Below, piece after piece: positions 48,983 through 60,015 of a stretch of DNA of 64,000 nucleotides. Position numbers and translations under genes: made by a program. The stretch's first letter is position 1. Each line of letters opens with the position of its first letter. Source of the DNA: a virus; the IMG/VR virus record IMGVR_UViG_3300043420_001819, positions 1 through 64,000 of that record. One strand, written 5' to 3'. The notes beneath the pieces are model-generated. The model did not search any database. It worked only from the letters and a program-made list of their open reading frames with translations, and had not been told where the DNA came from.

Positions 48983-50925
48983 TATAATTCTTTCAAGTTC
49001 ATACTAATATTTTGACCAGCACCGGTAATATATGCTCTTGACATAGAGGTATTTGGTGTTCCTAATATAAGAGGAAGGATAAAACTATTATTATCAACTG
49101 TAACGTTTTTATTTATTACGAGGTAATTATCTAATACATTTACAATTTTTGCTAAAATTGCTGTATACTCATCTAGATAAATACCTATAAAATCATCAAC
49201 ATTAAATACTCCATAATAAGTATCACAAGGTATTAGTGAGCTATTTACAACTGAGTCTGTTGTTTTTGTAGCAAATGCCCATAGTGGTTGGTACATTGCT
49301 TCATACATACCAAAATATACTGTATTTTGTACAAACATACTATCCCTAATAGACCCTGAAGTAATTGAGTATTTAACTTCTCTTTTTGGTTTATTAGAAA
49401 CAAATGTTCTTTTTTCTTTACCAGTAGTAGTAGTAAATATATTAGTTTTAAAAGAGTAAGATTCTGAGTAAGTATTTTTATTTGGTTGATACGTATATAT
49501 AATCGTAGGTGAACGCTCTACTTCTACCCACCAATAAATACTTGCTACATCAAAGTTAAAATAAATATTTCCACTTACAGACTCATCTCCATCCATTAGT
49601 GATGCTGTAATATAAACAGTTACTGACGTATTTGCTGGTATTTCATATCCTGGTGTTAGCCCAGAAACTTCTAACCCATAGGTAGAAGGAATATCAAATG
49701 AATCAAAATAAATTGACTCTAATCTTTTATTTATAATAGTTACTTCAATAACTTTGTCAGCTGTTATACTCCCGTATAATAAGTTTCTATTCCCAGGAAC
49801 AGTAAAAATTTCATTTGCAGATAGATTAGTTAGAGTATCACCATTAAAAATATAACTAGTATATTCTTCTTGAGTAGACGTTGTAAATTCAAGTCCAGCT
49901 ATAACTCCAGTATAATACGTTGGAGAGATGGTTGTACCAGTACTACTAGTTATAGTACCTGCTACGCCAGCATAATAATCAATAGTAGTATTAAATACTG
50001 AAGGAGTTTCCTCCATTACATAATTAGTATTACTATCTTCTAAAATTTCTCCAGGAGTAGTAATATAAGCATTAACACCCCCAGGTTCAGATACAGAGTA
50101 AACAGAAGGATGAGTATTAACCCCAAGCGTAAACAATAGTGAGTCATTAACTTCTGAAGTTCTTACTAGCTCCCAATTATCAACTGCTATTTTAGAGGTA
50201 TCTACTCCACCAGTAAGTGAAGTATAGAACTCAGTTGAAGGAATAACAGATAAAGACCCTTGGCTAGGTTTTTTCCAACCAACAGCAATACCATCTCCAC
50301 CTCCTACTTCTTCCATCCTACAGCTAATTGAGTAGTAGTTTCCAGCTTCTAAATAAATAGTACCAGTAGCAGATGCAGGCCTACTACTATTAAATCCATG
50401 GCCACCGTAGTAATAAGCTACTGCAACCCCATTAACAATAATATCACATGCATCATCACCATCTACAGCAAAAGTATATAATCCAGTTTCATCTGCATAA
50501 ATATAGCCATCTACTTTCCAAGAATAGCTCTCAGCAGGGAGGTATACTGGTTTATTTCCTGTTATACCAAGTATACTTGATTGATTAGTACTTCCCCAAA
50601 ATACATTATCAGTATGTGTTCCTGTACCACCAAACGTAACCCAAGAGTTATTATCATCATAAAAAGCATCTAACTCTGCTGTAGTAGTTGGATGAGTAGT
50701 TGATGTATGGGCATACCAAGTATATGTTAGTTGTCCATTTATAAATTTAGTATATTTACTAACTTGTACATTAGTAGATATTATTGATAAATTATCAGAA
50801 GTAGAGGATAGCTCTGAAAGTCCGTCTACTTCAATACCTAAGGATAATGCTAGTAAACTAACTCCAGAGGAGGGTAATGAAGAAGACTCTATCCCTTCCG
50901 GAAATGCAATTACCGAGTAGGCCAT
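48982..50925 (-). CDS. tail protein with PA14 carbohydrate-binding domain
   Basis: GYI...TG.YTFAVDGDD..EEVGGGD...W..P motif; Dit-like C-terminus. Confidence 0.7.
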   Translation of the reverse strand: MAYSVIAFPEGIESSSLPSSGVSLLALSLGIEVDGLSELSSTSDNLSIISTNVQVSKYTKFINGQLTYTWYAHTSTTHPTTTAELDAFYDDNNSWVTFGGTGTHTDNVFWGSTNQSSILGITGNKPVYLPAESYSWKVDGYIYADETGLYTFAVDGDDACDIIVNGVAVAYYYGGHGFNSSRPASATGTIYLEAGNYYSISCRMEEVGGGDGIAVGWKKPSQGSLSVIPSTEFYTSLTGGVDTSKIAVDNWELVRTSEVNDSLLFTLGVNTHPSVYSVSEPGGVNAYITTPGEILEDSNTNYVMEETPSVFNTTIDYYAGVAGTITSSTGTTISPTYYTGVIAGLEFTTSTQEEYTSYIFNGDTLTNLSANEIFTVPGNRNLLYGSITADKVIEVTIINKRLESIYFDSFDIPSTYGLEVSGLTPGYEIPANTSVTVYITASLMDGDESVSGNIYFNFDVASIYWWVEVERSPTIIYTYQPNKNTYSESYSFKTNIFTTTTGKEKRTFVSNKPKREVKYSITSGSIRDSMFVQNTVYFGMYEAMYQPLWAFATKTTDSVVNSSLIPCDTYYGVFNVDDFIGIYLDEYTAILAKIVNVLDNYLVINKNVTVDNNSFILPLILGTPNTSMSRAYITGAGQNISMNLKEL

Positions 50926-50928
50926 TTA

Positions 50929-52296
50929 TTACTCCACTGCTAAAGCGATTCTATTACTTGTATCCAAAGGAAAACTAAAATATGTTTTTGAGTTTACTGA
51001 AAGAGTTGTTGCAACTGCAGGAGTTACTCCGTAGTGTTTGAATAAATTGTGTACTGCTCCAATAGGTTTATACTCTGAATTATCTGTAACAGTTTCATTT
51101 ATACCTACAACATATTGAGTTAAGTATAGTTCACCAGTATAATGATTATAACCAGCTGTGGTGTAATTACTAGGAGTAACTAAATCATTATACCCCTGAA
51201 GAGCATCTACAGAAGTTGTAGTATAATTACCATACCAACTACCGTTATATTTTAAGTAGAATGGGTTTGTCCCAGTTTCCTCTGTTGCTGTAGAATCATT
51301 ATACCTTCTATACTCGGACCCAGTAGCATAAATTCCATCAGTATAGTTAAAGAACTTATCTACAACACCACTATAGAAATATCTATAAGCTTTTCCTCTA
51401 TCAGTTAAGTGATTTGTATATAAACTAAAATAAAAATGATTATCATCTATAATAAATGTTAGGTATGATGGTTCTTTTTGGTGATAAAAATCTGGTACTC
51501 TCATTGTCCAAAAGTCATAAATAATATTATCATTACTTTGAATAGTCCCAGGTTGTCTATCTACTGCTAAATTTGTATCAAATCCACCATTTACATAAAA
51601 TTCTAATCTACTTTTATCAATATTCCACTTAATTGAATAATATACAACAGTACCGTCTGACGTTGTTTTATGGACATATAACTCAGTTTTTCTATTACCA
51701 CACGAAATATAATCTGCTGGGTTAGTGATATATATTCTAACACCTGTACAAGATACATAAGTTCCCGCACCTGATAATGCAATAATTGGGTAATTAGACG
51801 GTTTTGTAAATCCAACTCCGTATGTATATGCATAGTTAGTTCCAGCACATGTCATTGTTGGGCTACTTGCAGATACCATATTAACATAATTCCCCTCCCA
51901 ATCATAGCCCCTTACTGTAGTACTCCCAGACACAGTACCAGCACTACAACCTTCTACCCAAGAAAAATCAGCTGAAAGACTTAATCCATCGAGTGCTGGG
52001 GAAGCAACGTAAGAGTAATAAAGAGCATAAAGGGAAGAGTTAATAGATGCATTACATCGTCTAAATCCGAAGTTTTTATCATCACTATCCCCCCCATTAA
52101 ATGACCCAGTAGTATACTGTAGGTTATAATGATAAAGTCTATAAAGTAAACCTATACCATTATCAAATACTTCTTCAGTACTTGACTTATCTATTGTCCA
52201 ACCAGCGTTTGTAAATTCTGTTTCTAAAAAATCTAAAATATTTGTTGTTGATACTTTAGCAAATAAGTAAGAATCAGTTTGATGATTAACGTACAT
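50929..52296 (-). CDS. virion structural protein
   Basis: ORF in the tail-tip operon; L..L...GWT N-terminal motif shared with the neighbour. Confidence 0.65.
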   Translation of the reverse strand: MYVNHQTDSYLFAKVSTTNILDFLETEFTNAGWTIDKSSTEEVFDNGIGLLYRLYHYNLQYTTGSFNGGDSDDKNFGFRRCNASINSSLYALYYSYVASPALDGLSLSADFSWVEGCSAGTVSGSTTVRGYDWEGNYVNMVSASSPTMTCAGTNYAYTYGVGFTKPSNYPIIALSGAGTYVSCTGVRIYITNPADYISCGNRKTELYVHKTTSDGTVVYYSIKWNIDKSRLEFYVNGGFDTNLAVDRQPGTIQSNDNIIYDFWTMRVPDFYHQKEPSYLTFIIDDNHFYFSLYTNHLTDRGKAYRYFYSGVVDKFFNYTDGIYATGSEYRRYNDSTATEETGTNPFYLKYNGSWYGNYTTTSVDALQGYNDLVTPSNYTTAGYNHYTGELYLTQYVVGINETVTDNSEYKPIGAVHNLFKHYGVTPAVATTLSVNSKTYFSFPLDTSNRIALAVE

Positions 52297-52305
52297 GTAT
52301 TTTCC

Positions 52306-53808
52306 TTAACTTAATTTAATTGCAAAATAGTGATTTCCAACAGAAACATCTCCATCAGCTAATACTACATAATCATTAGCCCCAATAGTGATAATATCTT
52401 CTACTGATGCCTGTGATGATGCTACTACATAAACACCCGTAGCAATCCCAATAGCATGAGAATTATAAGATATATTTACTGCCGCCATATATGTTGTATT
52501 TGAAATAGAAGTGAGACCACTTAATTGAGTATTAATACTACCAACCGTTGAATTAACATACCCACTATAACCTAATCTATAACTATTATTACTACTATAC
52601 ATTAAGCCACTTCTAAAAGACGTATTAATACTAGTCCAAAGGTATGTTGATGTTGTTGTAGTACCTGCAGTAAATACAGCATTACCATCATTCCCTAACG
52701 CAGTTATTTTTCCAATATACCCAGTTTGGTAAAGGGGTGTGCTCCTAATAGCAGTTTCATCATGAAGTTTATATGAAATACATACTCTATCTTGAGATAC
52801 GACTAACCAATATTTTTTTAATGTAGTAGATATTGGGCTTACTCCTGCTAAATATTTTTTAGTGCTCTCTAGCCCAGCGGTAGTTGTAACATTTTCTGTC
52901 GTACCAAATACAGTAGTATCCATAGTATAAAGTGGACTTTTAAGTTCAATATTATTACTACTATTCATACCTATGTATATAGTTATTTTAGAACCATTTG
53001 TAGTAGTATTTGAATAGTATCCACCAGGATACGCTCCAACATTATAAGTATAATGCTCAAATACATTAGCATCTGAGGGTAAAACTTTTGTAGTTTTAAG
53101 AGATAAAGCTGTAATCTCTGTTTCAGTTAGAACTTTATCCCAAACAATTATTTCGTCATATGATGTAGTTGTAGTAGACCCATGAATTTGATAAAGGATA
53201 CCATAATGCGTATAAGTACTCTCTATAGAATGTGAATTTATATACGTACCATTAATATAAAACTTAACCTCAGAGTCCGTAGTAGAATATGTAAATGTTA
53301 ATAATTCCCAATCCCTACCTGTTTTATCAGCAAAATAATCATCCATACAGCGAGTAAATGTCTCAAGCCAACGTTCATTAACGGTGATAGCTGCATCTTT
53401 TCCAAAACCTAGTCTTGGCCCCATCCGTAAGGCTGCTGTATTATAAGGTCCATCAATTACTTTTGTAGGATAATATGTTGATGCTGTATCAAGCAAACAA
53501 TCATCCATTTTTATCCACATAGATATTGAGAACTCAGTAGGGTATTGAGTAAAATATGCAGCGTCTAGTTCAGCTTTTGTATAATTAGTACTAGTAAAAT
53601 AATTATCAGGGTTTAAACGTAACCCTATTGTATCAGAGTATTTTCCGGGTCGTGTGCTACATGAACCAGTTAAAACAATACCTCTTGATGTAGTTAAAGA
53701 CCCACATGTTCCTTCTTCAAGTTTTTCCCAACCCTCTCCGGCTAGGAGAGTGTCTAAATCTGCAAACATTTCATTGAAGTTTTTTTCAACACCTACTATA
53801 TATGCCAC
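52306..53808 (-). CDS. virion structural protein with LamG/concanavalin-like domain
   Basis: FSISMWIK..W...TFTY..KFYING..DEI.VWDKVLT..EI motif. Confidence 0.7.
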   Translation of the reverse strand: MAYIVGVEKNFNEMFADLDTLLAGEGWEKLEEGTCGSLTTSRGIVLTGSCSTRPGKYSDTIGLRLNPDNYFTSTNYTKAELDAAYFTQYPTEFSISMWIKMDDCLLDTASTYYPTKVIDGPYNTAALRMGPRLGFGKDAAITVNERWLETFTRCMDDYFADKTGRDWELLTFTYSTTDSEVKFYINGTYINSHSIESTYTHYGILYQIHGSTTTTSYDEIIVWDKVLTETEITALSLKTTKVLPSDANVFEHYTYNVGAYPGGYYSNTTTNGSKITIYIGMNSSNNIELKSPLYTMDTTVFGTTENVTTTAGLESTKKYLAGVSPISTTLKKYWLVVSQDRVCISYKLHDETAIRSTPLYQTGYIGKITALGNDGNAVFTAGTTTTSTYLWTSINTSFRSGLMYSSNNSYRLGYSGYVNSTVGSINTQLSGLTSISNTTYMAAVNISYNSHAIGIATGVYVVASSQASVEDIITIGANDYVVLADGDVSVGNHYFAIKLS

Positions 53809-53818
53809 ATTTTATCCT

Positions 53819-56800
53819 TTAACGTCTGATAGCGTTGTTAATTATTTGTCTTCCAGCTCTTGAGCTAAGGTATTGCTCAATTACTGACTCATCCATTGAG
53901 TTAACGATAACAACTTCTGATGATTGAGCTGCAGGAGCTGCAGGCTGTTTTGAAGCTTGATTAATAGCTTTTAAGTCATTTCGAGAAAGTACATACTCTC
54001 CTGTTTGAAGAATAGCTGGAACTTCATCTCTTTTCAATCCTGTTTTATTATCGTTAGTTACGTAACCCCCTGTGTGGTAAGTTTGTGCTTTAATCTGTGC
54101 AACTTGTGCCATACCTGCAGCTATTTGCCCTGCTGCAAGTACTGGACCAAGGAATGGGCCACCTTCAGCGAGTGCTTTAGTCGCACCTACATAGGTATTA
54201 ACAATTGCTTGTGCAACTTGTGCTGCTTTATATACTGCAAAGGCTGCCTTACTTTTTTTGCCAGATAATAAGTAAAATGCTTCAGCTATTTGTCCCATAG
54301 CTCCGAAACCTTTTCCATATAAATCAACAGTTCTATTAAACTCTGCTTCTTTTAGTTTATTATCTTTTTCTCTAATAGCCGCTAACTCTGCGGTATGAGC
54401 TTCTTGCATTTGTAACTCAAGAGCATTAATTTCTTTTTGCATTTCAAGTTTTTTCTGCCCTTCAGCCATAGTATCAAACTGTGCTTCATACTCTGCTTTC
54501 TGTGCTGCAAGAGTATTATAATGAATTTGGTATAATCCAATTTGTTCATTAAGTTGCTTATTTAGCTCCATAGTATATAGTGTATAATCAGTATCAGACC
54601 CAGCACCAAATCCTACAACTTCTTTTTCCATTTTAGCTTTAAAAGTTAAAGCAGATATAAGTGTTTGTTTAGCTGAAACAAGACTCATCTGTGCGAGAGC
54701 ATCTGTTTTTGTATATCCTGCATCTAATAATTTTTGAAGCTCATCTAATCTGTTAATTTCAGCAGTATTAACATTTGTATCATTTAAATAATCAAGTGCA
54801 GTTGCCTTCAATAATAACCTAGCATGATACTGCTCATACGTTGCTGCAGTAATTTGGTTTTGAGTAGATAAAATTTGCTTATCAATATTTGCGACATCAG
54901 TATCAACTTTTTTAATTTCAGTTTGAAGGAATTGAGATTTTTCAAGTAGCTTATTCTTTTCTAGAAGGTCTTGTTTATTAGAAGAATTATGCTTAACGAT
55001 ATCTTTTTCTAATTGATTTTGATCAGATAGTAACTTATTAAGGTATTGAGTAGTCTCTGCTTTACTCTTCATTAAATCATTCTGTATCCCACCTAGCTCA
55101 TTTATTTTTGTAAAAGTTGTTGCATCTCCATTTTGTAGTGCAGAAAACCTAGATGCTGTTAAAAAACCTTTATTTCTTTCAACATTGTAATCTTTTTGTT
55201 GTTTTAAATGCTCCTGAGTTAAATCAATTGCCTTTTGCTCATCAATATTTCCTAAATTACTCAACTTATTTTGTGCCGCATCTATATCAAGAATATCTTG
55301 TTTAATTTTTGCATAAGTTTTAAACGCTGCAACTAATCCTTCTAGTTGTGTTCTTTCTTTATCTGTGCTTGCTACAGTATTCTTAATAGCATCTTCTAAT
55401 TCATTAAATAGTCTAGGTAAATCTTCAATTTTTGCTTCTTTTAATTTATTAGAGAACTCAGCTGCTAAATCACCGGCTACTTTACCACCATCAATATTAA
55501 ACTGCTCACTAACCCAATTAGTTAATTGTTTTTCTAAGTTAGAGTTCATTTGTATTGCTGTTTGTTTAAAATTTTCTACAGCAACATTACTTCTTTCTGT
55601 AACATTAATATTATTTTGATACAAAGTTTGTATATCAGTTGCAATCTGTTTTAAATTTTTAATATATTCATCAGATACAACCTTTATTACTTCAGTTTGT
55701 TTATCAGACAGTTGTATTGCACTAGGTTGGCTTGCTAAAGGTACTGTACTATTTGTTGATGTAAGTTCTTTAAGATTTTCAACATTTAAATCACCATTTG
55801 TATTAATAAGAACTTTTTTAAAGTCAGGTAACTTTCCTTTTCCCTCCCCTATTCTTATAACAGCTTGTTTCGTTTGCTCATTAACTTCTAAAACTACATC
55901 ACCTAAACCTGCTATTTCATTTTTATACCGTTGTAGTTCATCAACTAACCTAGTAGCTTCTTGTATAGAAGATGTGCCTATTTCAATACCAGGCCCAGAT
56001 AGGGCTGTTGATGTTTTAGTAGACCCAACAACAGTAGACTGGGAAACATTTGCAAGAGTACCACCAGTAATATTTAATGGCATACTAAGTTTTTTCTCAA
56101 TGTTATCTACTAGGGTTGAAAGTTCTTTAATACTCCCTGGCTTAAGCCCTGATTTAATAGTCTCTTCGAGTACTGGAATTAGTCTTTGAGTTGCATTAGC
56201 AGCTTTTTGACTAGTAACGGCACTATTTGTGAGAGCATTTGCAGCTTCTACAGTTCTATCTGAAAGCTCTGTAGTAACAGTTGACTGCTCATTTAACCAT
56301 TTTATTAAGTCAGTCATAGCAGCTTTATTTTTTCCACTTGAAAAATCAGCATTTTTAACAATTTCTTGTTGTTTTTTAAGGATAGCAACTTCGTCAGTAA
56401 TTGCATTTACTAGTAGTTTATTCTTAGGGTCTGCACCTTTTAAAGCACTATCAAGAGTATTTAACATACTTGTTATAACTTTATCAATCTCTTGTTGTGC
56501 TTTTGTTCCTGTTATTGCTGTTAATTCAGGAGTTTGTCTTACATAAGCTTGAGCATAAGCAGTAGCTGAACCTAAATTTTCTCTAGTATCTAACAAAGAA
56601 TTTGTAATCTGCAAAGTAGCATTTAACTTAGATATTTCAGATTGATTCTTATCAATCTCAAGTGCTATCTTAATTTTATTATTCCCTGTTGCAGTTCTGT
56701 ATTGGCGTTGTAAATCACGAATTTTATCAGATATTGCTTGAATATTTTCTTCAATACCTAAAGTTTCTATTTCATTTTTAGTCCCTCTAATTGCATCGGC

Positions 56801-59800
56801 TGCGTAATAAGCAGCAGTACCTATTGCTGCAATTGCAAGAATTACTGGATGGCGTAATATAGTATTAAGTGCAGCTTTTAGAAGACCAACTGCACCACTA
56901 AGTATTCCTACTCCACCTGCTGCTGATGCAGCTGCACCACCAAATACACCTAAAGCTCCTACTCCATGTATAAGGAAAGGTGTAATTCCAATTAATACCA
57001 TATTTTTTAAGGCATTAACCAAACCAATTACTGTAGTTGTTGCTGCCCCTGCTTTTGTGATAAGTAACCCTAAACCAACAGTTCCAGCTATAATACTTAT
57101 ATTATTGATAAAATTATCTTTAAACTCATCCCAGTTATCACTTACTTTTTTAATTACTAAAGATATTTCTGACATTTTTTGGGTAAGAGATTCAACACCT
57201 TTAAATACTATTGGTAAAATATTTGTAGCTAATTCATTAAATGCTATCCCTAAAGAGTTACCTAATTTTTCCCATGTAATAGCATAACTTTCTGTTACAT
57301 ATGCTGCTTTGTCTACTTCTCCCTTAACTCCTGCGTTAAGTTTAGATAAATGTCTAAAAAACTCATCAGCATTGTTTCTTAATAACGTTAAAGACTGTCT
57401 TGCTAGAATATCCATTCCAGAAGTTAACTGTGAAAAGTCAGCATCACTTAAATTCTTTAATTTATTAATTAGCTCAGTCATTGCTTTATTGGATTCCTTA
57501 GTATCCAAATTTAGTCTTGTCATAAATGACTTTTGGTTAATACCTAATGAGCTATAGAAATAATCCATATCTGAGGAAGATTCAGATAATGTTGTTGCAA
57601 AACGTCTAATTTGAGTACCAATAGTAGATGCATTAACCCCTGCATTAGAGAAAGCAGTAGCCATTGCTAGTACAGCATTTGCAGTTATCCCTGATGACTT
57701 AGCTGCTGCAAGAGCATAGTTAGATAATGTTCCCAAATCTTGAGTAGATAAACGAGATTGATTAGCTGCATAAGCTAATTTATCGGCAAAATCAGTAATA
57801 GTATCTGTTGTACCTGTTACTGCGTCTTTTACATCACCAAATACCTCATTAAAAGTAATAAGAGCACTAGCAGAAGTTGCAAAAGTATCCCCAGTTAATC
57901 TTGCCATTTTAATAACGTTTTCTGTTGCTTCTGCTACGTTATTAGATGCAATACCAGCACGTCCAAGTGCTAGTGCTGCCTCATTAATATCTTTTAAGTT
58001 ACCACCATAAGTAACAGATAGTTTTGACAAATTACGCTCTAACCTATTAGCAGAATTAGCAGACATATCTAAAACAGCTGATAAGGTATGTTGCGCTTGG
58101 TCAAACTCAACGGAGTATTCAATACCTTTTTTCATAGTATTAATAACTTGATAAATACCTGCATATAAACCAGCATAAGCTAAAGCTCTATTTGCAATAT
58201 TTCCTAACCATTTAACTTTAGACATTTTAGATAACTCAGCACTAACTTCTTTAGTTCTTCTTTTAGTAGCATCTAATTCTTTTTCTAATTTAATTGTTTC
58301 AGAGGTAGCGTCTTGAATAGCGTCTATAGGTGCTGATTTAAAACTAGTATCAAATTGTTTTTTTGATTTTTCTGCTTTATCAATAGAAATTTTTAATTCA
58401 TCTAATTGAGAAATTGCTTCATTAAGTGTAGAACGAGGAGCCCATTTAAGTTTAGTATTAATTAATCTTTCTAGAGCTGCCTTTTGGTCTCTGTAAGAAG
58501 CAAGAATTTTATCATAGTTTTTATCAAATTCTATTTTTTTATTAAAAGTGCTCTTAAGAGTATTCATTTTATCTTGAAGATACCCTACTGCCTTAGAATC
58601 ATTTAATATTTCTGTACCAAAAGCCCTTAAAGATTGTGTAGTTTGATTATACTCTTCAGGTTTAATAGTACCTGCTTTTAAGTTTGCGGCAGCTTCCTTC
58701 TCAAGGGCATTAGCTTGTTTTAATACTTCTATCTTTTTATAAATTGTAGCTAATTCAGCTTTAGCAAGAGCAGGGTCAGCTGTACCTTGTTGTAATTCTT
58801 TAGAAACTTCTCTTACTTTTACTTTTAACTGTGATAAAACAGAAAGAGAATCAGGTGTAAACCCTTGTTTTATCCCGGCAATCTCTTTGTTTAATGTCTT
58901 TGCTGCCTCCCTAGCATTTACAAAACTTTTAGAAAGGTCTAATCTTGAAGATGCTTGTTGTACTTCTGTAATAACACTATTTACATTTTTTAAACCGTTT
59001 TGTAATGAAGTTACATAAGCATTAACTCCACCAGTAGATAATTTTGTTGGAGCTTTCGATAGTAGTCCCTCTACCTTTAATATTTCTGCTTGTAAAAGTT
59101 GTTTTGCAGCATTTGCTTTGTTAAGGTCCTCTGTAGCCGCTGAAGGTCCTTTTTTAACTAGTATATTGTCTAAAGATTCTTTTTGCTTTTTTAGGGCACT
59201 CAAGGTATCTTCAACTTCTTTTTTAGCTTCCTTACGAATTGATAATAGATTTTTTTCTTTAGTTGAAAGGCTAGTATATAAATTAGAAGATGATTTTAGA
59301 GCAGCTTCTACTTCTTGTACAGATATTGCATTAGCTGCTAAAGCATCTTTCATAAGGCTAAGTTTATTAACAGTAGAGTCTATTTTTTTGGAATCAATTT
59401 GTAGAGAACCAAACTTTGCAATTGCATCATCAATTTTTAGTGTTTTATTATATGTATTAGTTAAATGTTTTTGTAAAGTAAATAAACCGCTTGTATCACC
59501 TGTTTTATCAATATTTTTACTTAGCTCAGTAAAATTACCTTTTAAACTACGGATTACTCCACTAGATATACCTAAATTTTTTAAAGAATTAATAAGATTA
59601 TTAACATTATCCTTAGTACCTTCTACAGTATAGTTTAGTGCTTGACCTAAACCCTTAAATTGTAAAGTACTAGAACCTACTTGACTTGCTAAAAGTTTAA
59701 ATCTATTTTCTAACTGTGGTGTTAACTCTCCATCTGCTTCACTAATCGCATCTTGAAAATCTTTTACTTTTGAAACAATCTTTTGTATTTGTTGGCCTAA

Positions 59801-59974
59801 TTTATTATATTGTGCAGACATTTTATCTAATTGGGCTGGATTTGCAGAGAGTATTCTATTAGCTTTCTCTCTTTCCTGCTCTAATGCTGTACCTAACTTA
59901 GTAATTGTTCTAAATAGGTCTGGAGCACCCTTCTGTACAAAGTCAATATTTAATTCAATAGTATTTTTAGCCAT
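53819..59974 (-). CDS. tail tape measure protein
   Basis: 2051-aa helical Ala/Lys-rich ORF; core ADKLAYAAN.S..GT..R; C-terminal HTGG.V..DEVPAILQ.GE.VL. Confidence 0.92.
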   Translation of the reverse strand: MAKNTIELNIDFVQKGAPDLFRTITKLGTALEQEREKANRILSANPAQLDKMSAQYNKLGQQIQKIVSKVKDFQDAISEADGELTPQLENRFKLLASQVGSSTLQFKGLGQALNYTVEGTKDNVNNLINSLKNLGISSGVIRSLKGNFTELSKNIDKTGDTSGLFTLQKHLTNTYNKTLKIDDAIAKFGSLQIDSKKIDSTVNKLSLMKDALAANAISVQEVEAALKSSSNLYTSLSTKEKNLLSIRKEAKKEVEDTLSALKKQKESLDNILVKKGPSAATEDLNKANAAKQLLQAEILKVEGLLSKAPTKLSTGGVNAYVTSLQNGLKNVNSVITEVQQASSRLDLSKSFVNAREAAKTLNKEIAGIKQGFTPDSLSVLSQLKVKVREVSKELQQGTADPALAKAELATIYKKIEVLKQANALEKEAAANLKAGTIKPEEYNQTTQSLRAFGTEILNDSKAVGYLQDKMNTLKSTFNKKIEFDKNYDKILASYRDQKAALERLINTKLKWAPRSTLNEAISQLDELKISIDKAEKSKKQFDTSFKSAPIDAIQDATSETIKLEKELDATKRRTKEVSAELSKMSKVKWLGNIANRALAYAGLYAGIYQVINTMKKGIEYSVEFDQAQHTLSAVLDMSANSANRLERNLSKLSVTYGGNLKDINEAALALGRAGIASNNVAEATENVIKMARLTGDTFATSASALITFNEVFGDVKDAVTGTTDTITDFADKLAYAANQSRLSTQDLGTLSNYALAAAKSSGITANAVLAMATAFSNAGVNASTIGTQIRRFATTLSESSSDMDYFYSSLGINQKSFMTRLNLDTKESNKAMTELINKLKNLSDADFSQLTSGMDILARQSLTLLRNNADEFFRHLSKLNAGVKGEVDKAAYVTESYAITWEKLGNSLGIAFNELATNILPIVFKGVESLTQKMSEISLVIKKVSDNWDEFKDNFINNISIIAGTVGLGLLITKAGAATTTVIGLVNALKNMVLIGITPFLIHGVGALGVFGGAAASAAGGVGILSGAVGLLKAALNTILRHPVILAIAAIGTAAYYAADAIRGTKNEIETLGIEENIQAISDKIRDLQRQYRTATGNNKIKIALEIDKNQSEISKLNATLQITNSLLDTRENLGSATAYAQAYVRQTPELTAITGTKAQQEIDKVITSMLNTLDSALKGADPKNKLLVNAITDEVAILKKQQEIVKNADFSSGKNKAAMTDLIKWLNEQSTVTTELSDRTVEAANALTNSAVTSQKAANATQRLIPVLEETIKSGLKPGSIKELSTLVDNIEKKLSMPLNITGGTLANVSQSTVVGSTKTSTALSGPGIEIGTSSIQEATRLVDELQRYKNEIAGLGDVVLEVNEQTKQAVIRIGEGKGKLPDFKKVLINTNGDLNVENLKELTSTNSTVPLASQPSAIQLSDKQTEVIKVVSDEYIKNLKQIATDIQTLYQNNINVTERSNVAVENFKQTAIQMNSNLEKQLTNWVSEQFNIDGGKVAGDLAAEFSNKLKEAKIEDLPRLFNELEDAIKNTVASTDKERTQLEGLVAAFKTYAKIKQDILDIDAAQNKLSNLGNIDEQKAIDLTQEHLKQQKDYNVERNKGFLTASRFSALQNGDATTFTKINELGGIQNDLMKSKAETTQYLNKLLSDQNQLEKDIVKHNSSNKQDLLEKNKLLEKSQFLQTEIKKVDTDVANIDKQILSTQNQITAATYEQYHARLLLKATALDYLNDTNVNTAEINRLDELQKLLDAGYTKTDALAQMSLVSAKQTLISALTFKAKMEKEVVGFGAGSDTDYTLYTMELNKQLNEQIGLYQIHYNTLAAQKAEYEAQFDTMAEGQKKLEMQKEINALELQMQEAHTAELAAIREKDNKLKEAEFNRTVDLYGKGFGAMGQIAEAFYLLSGKKSKAAFAVYKAAQVAQAIVNTYVGATKALAEGGPFLGPVLAAGQIAAGMAQVAQIKAQTYHTGGYVTNDNKTGLKRDEVPAILQTGEYVLSRNDLKAINQASKQPAAPAAQSSEVVIVNSMDESVIEQYLSSRAGRQIINNAIRR

Positions 59975-60003
59975 AAATAACCCTTAGTGAGTAATAATTA
60001 TCC

Positions 60004-60013
60004 TATAATCGTA
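60004..60013 (-). promoter_or_regulatory. putative late promoter TACGATTATA
   Basis: Intergenic, 30 nt before the tape-measure start. Confidence 0.7.
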
Positions 60014-60015
60014 TT

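Noticed and set aside
53819-59974. Plus-strand ORFs antisense to the tape measure, and other antisense ORFs in the track
   Set aside because: These are shadow ORFs of long genes, with no RBS or recognisable motifs.
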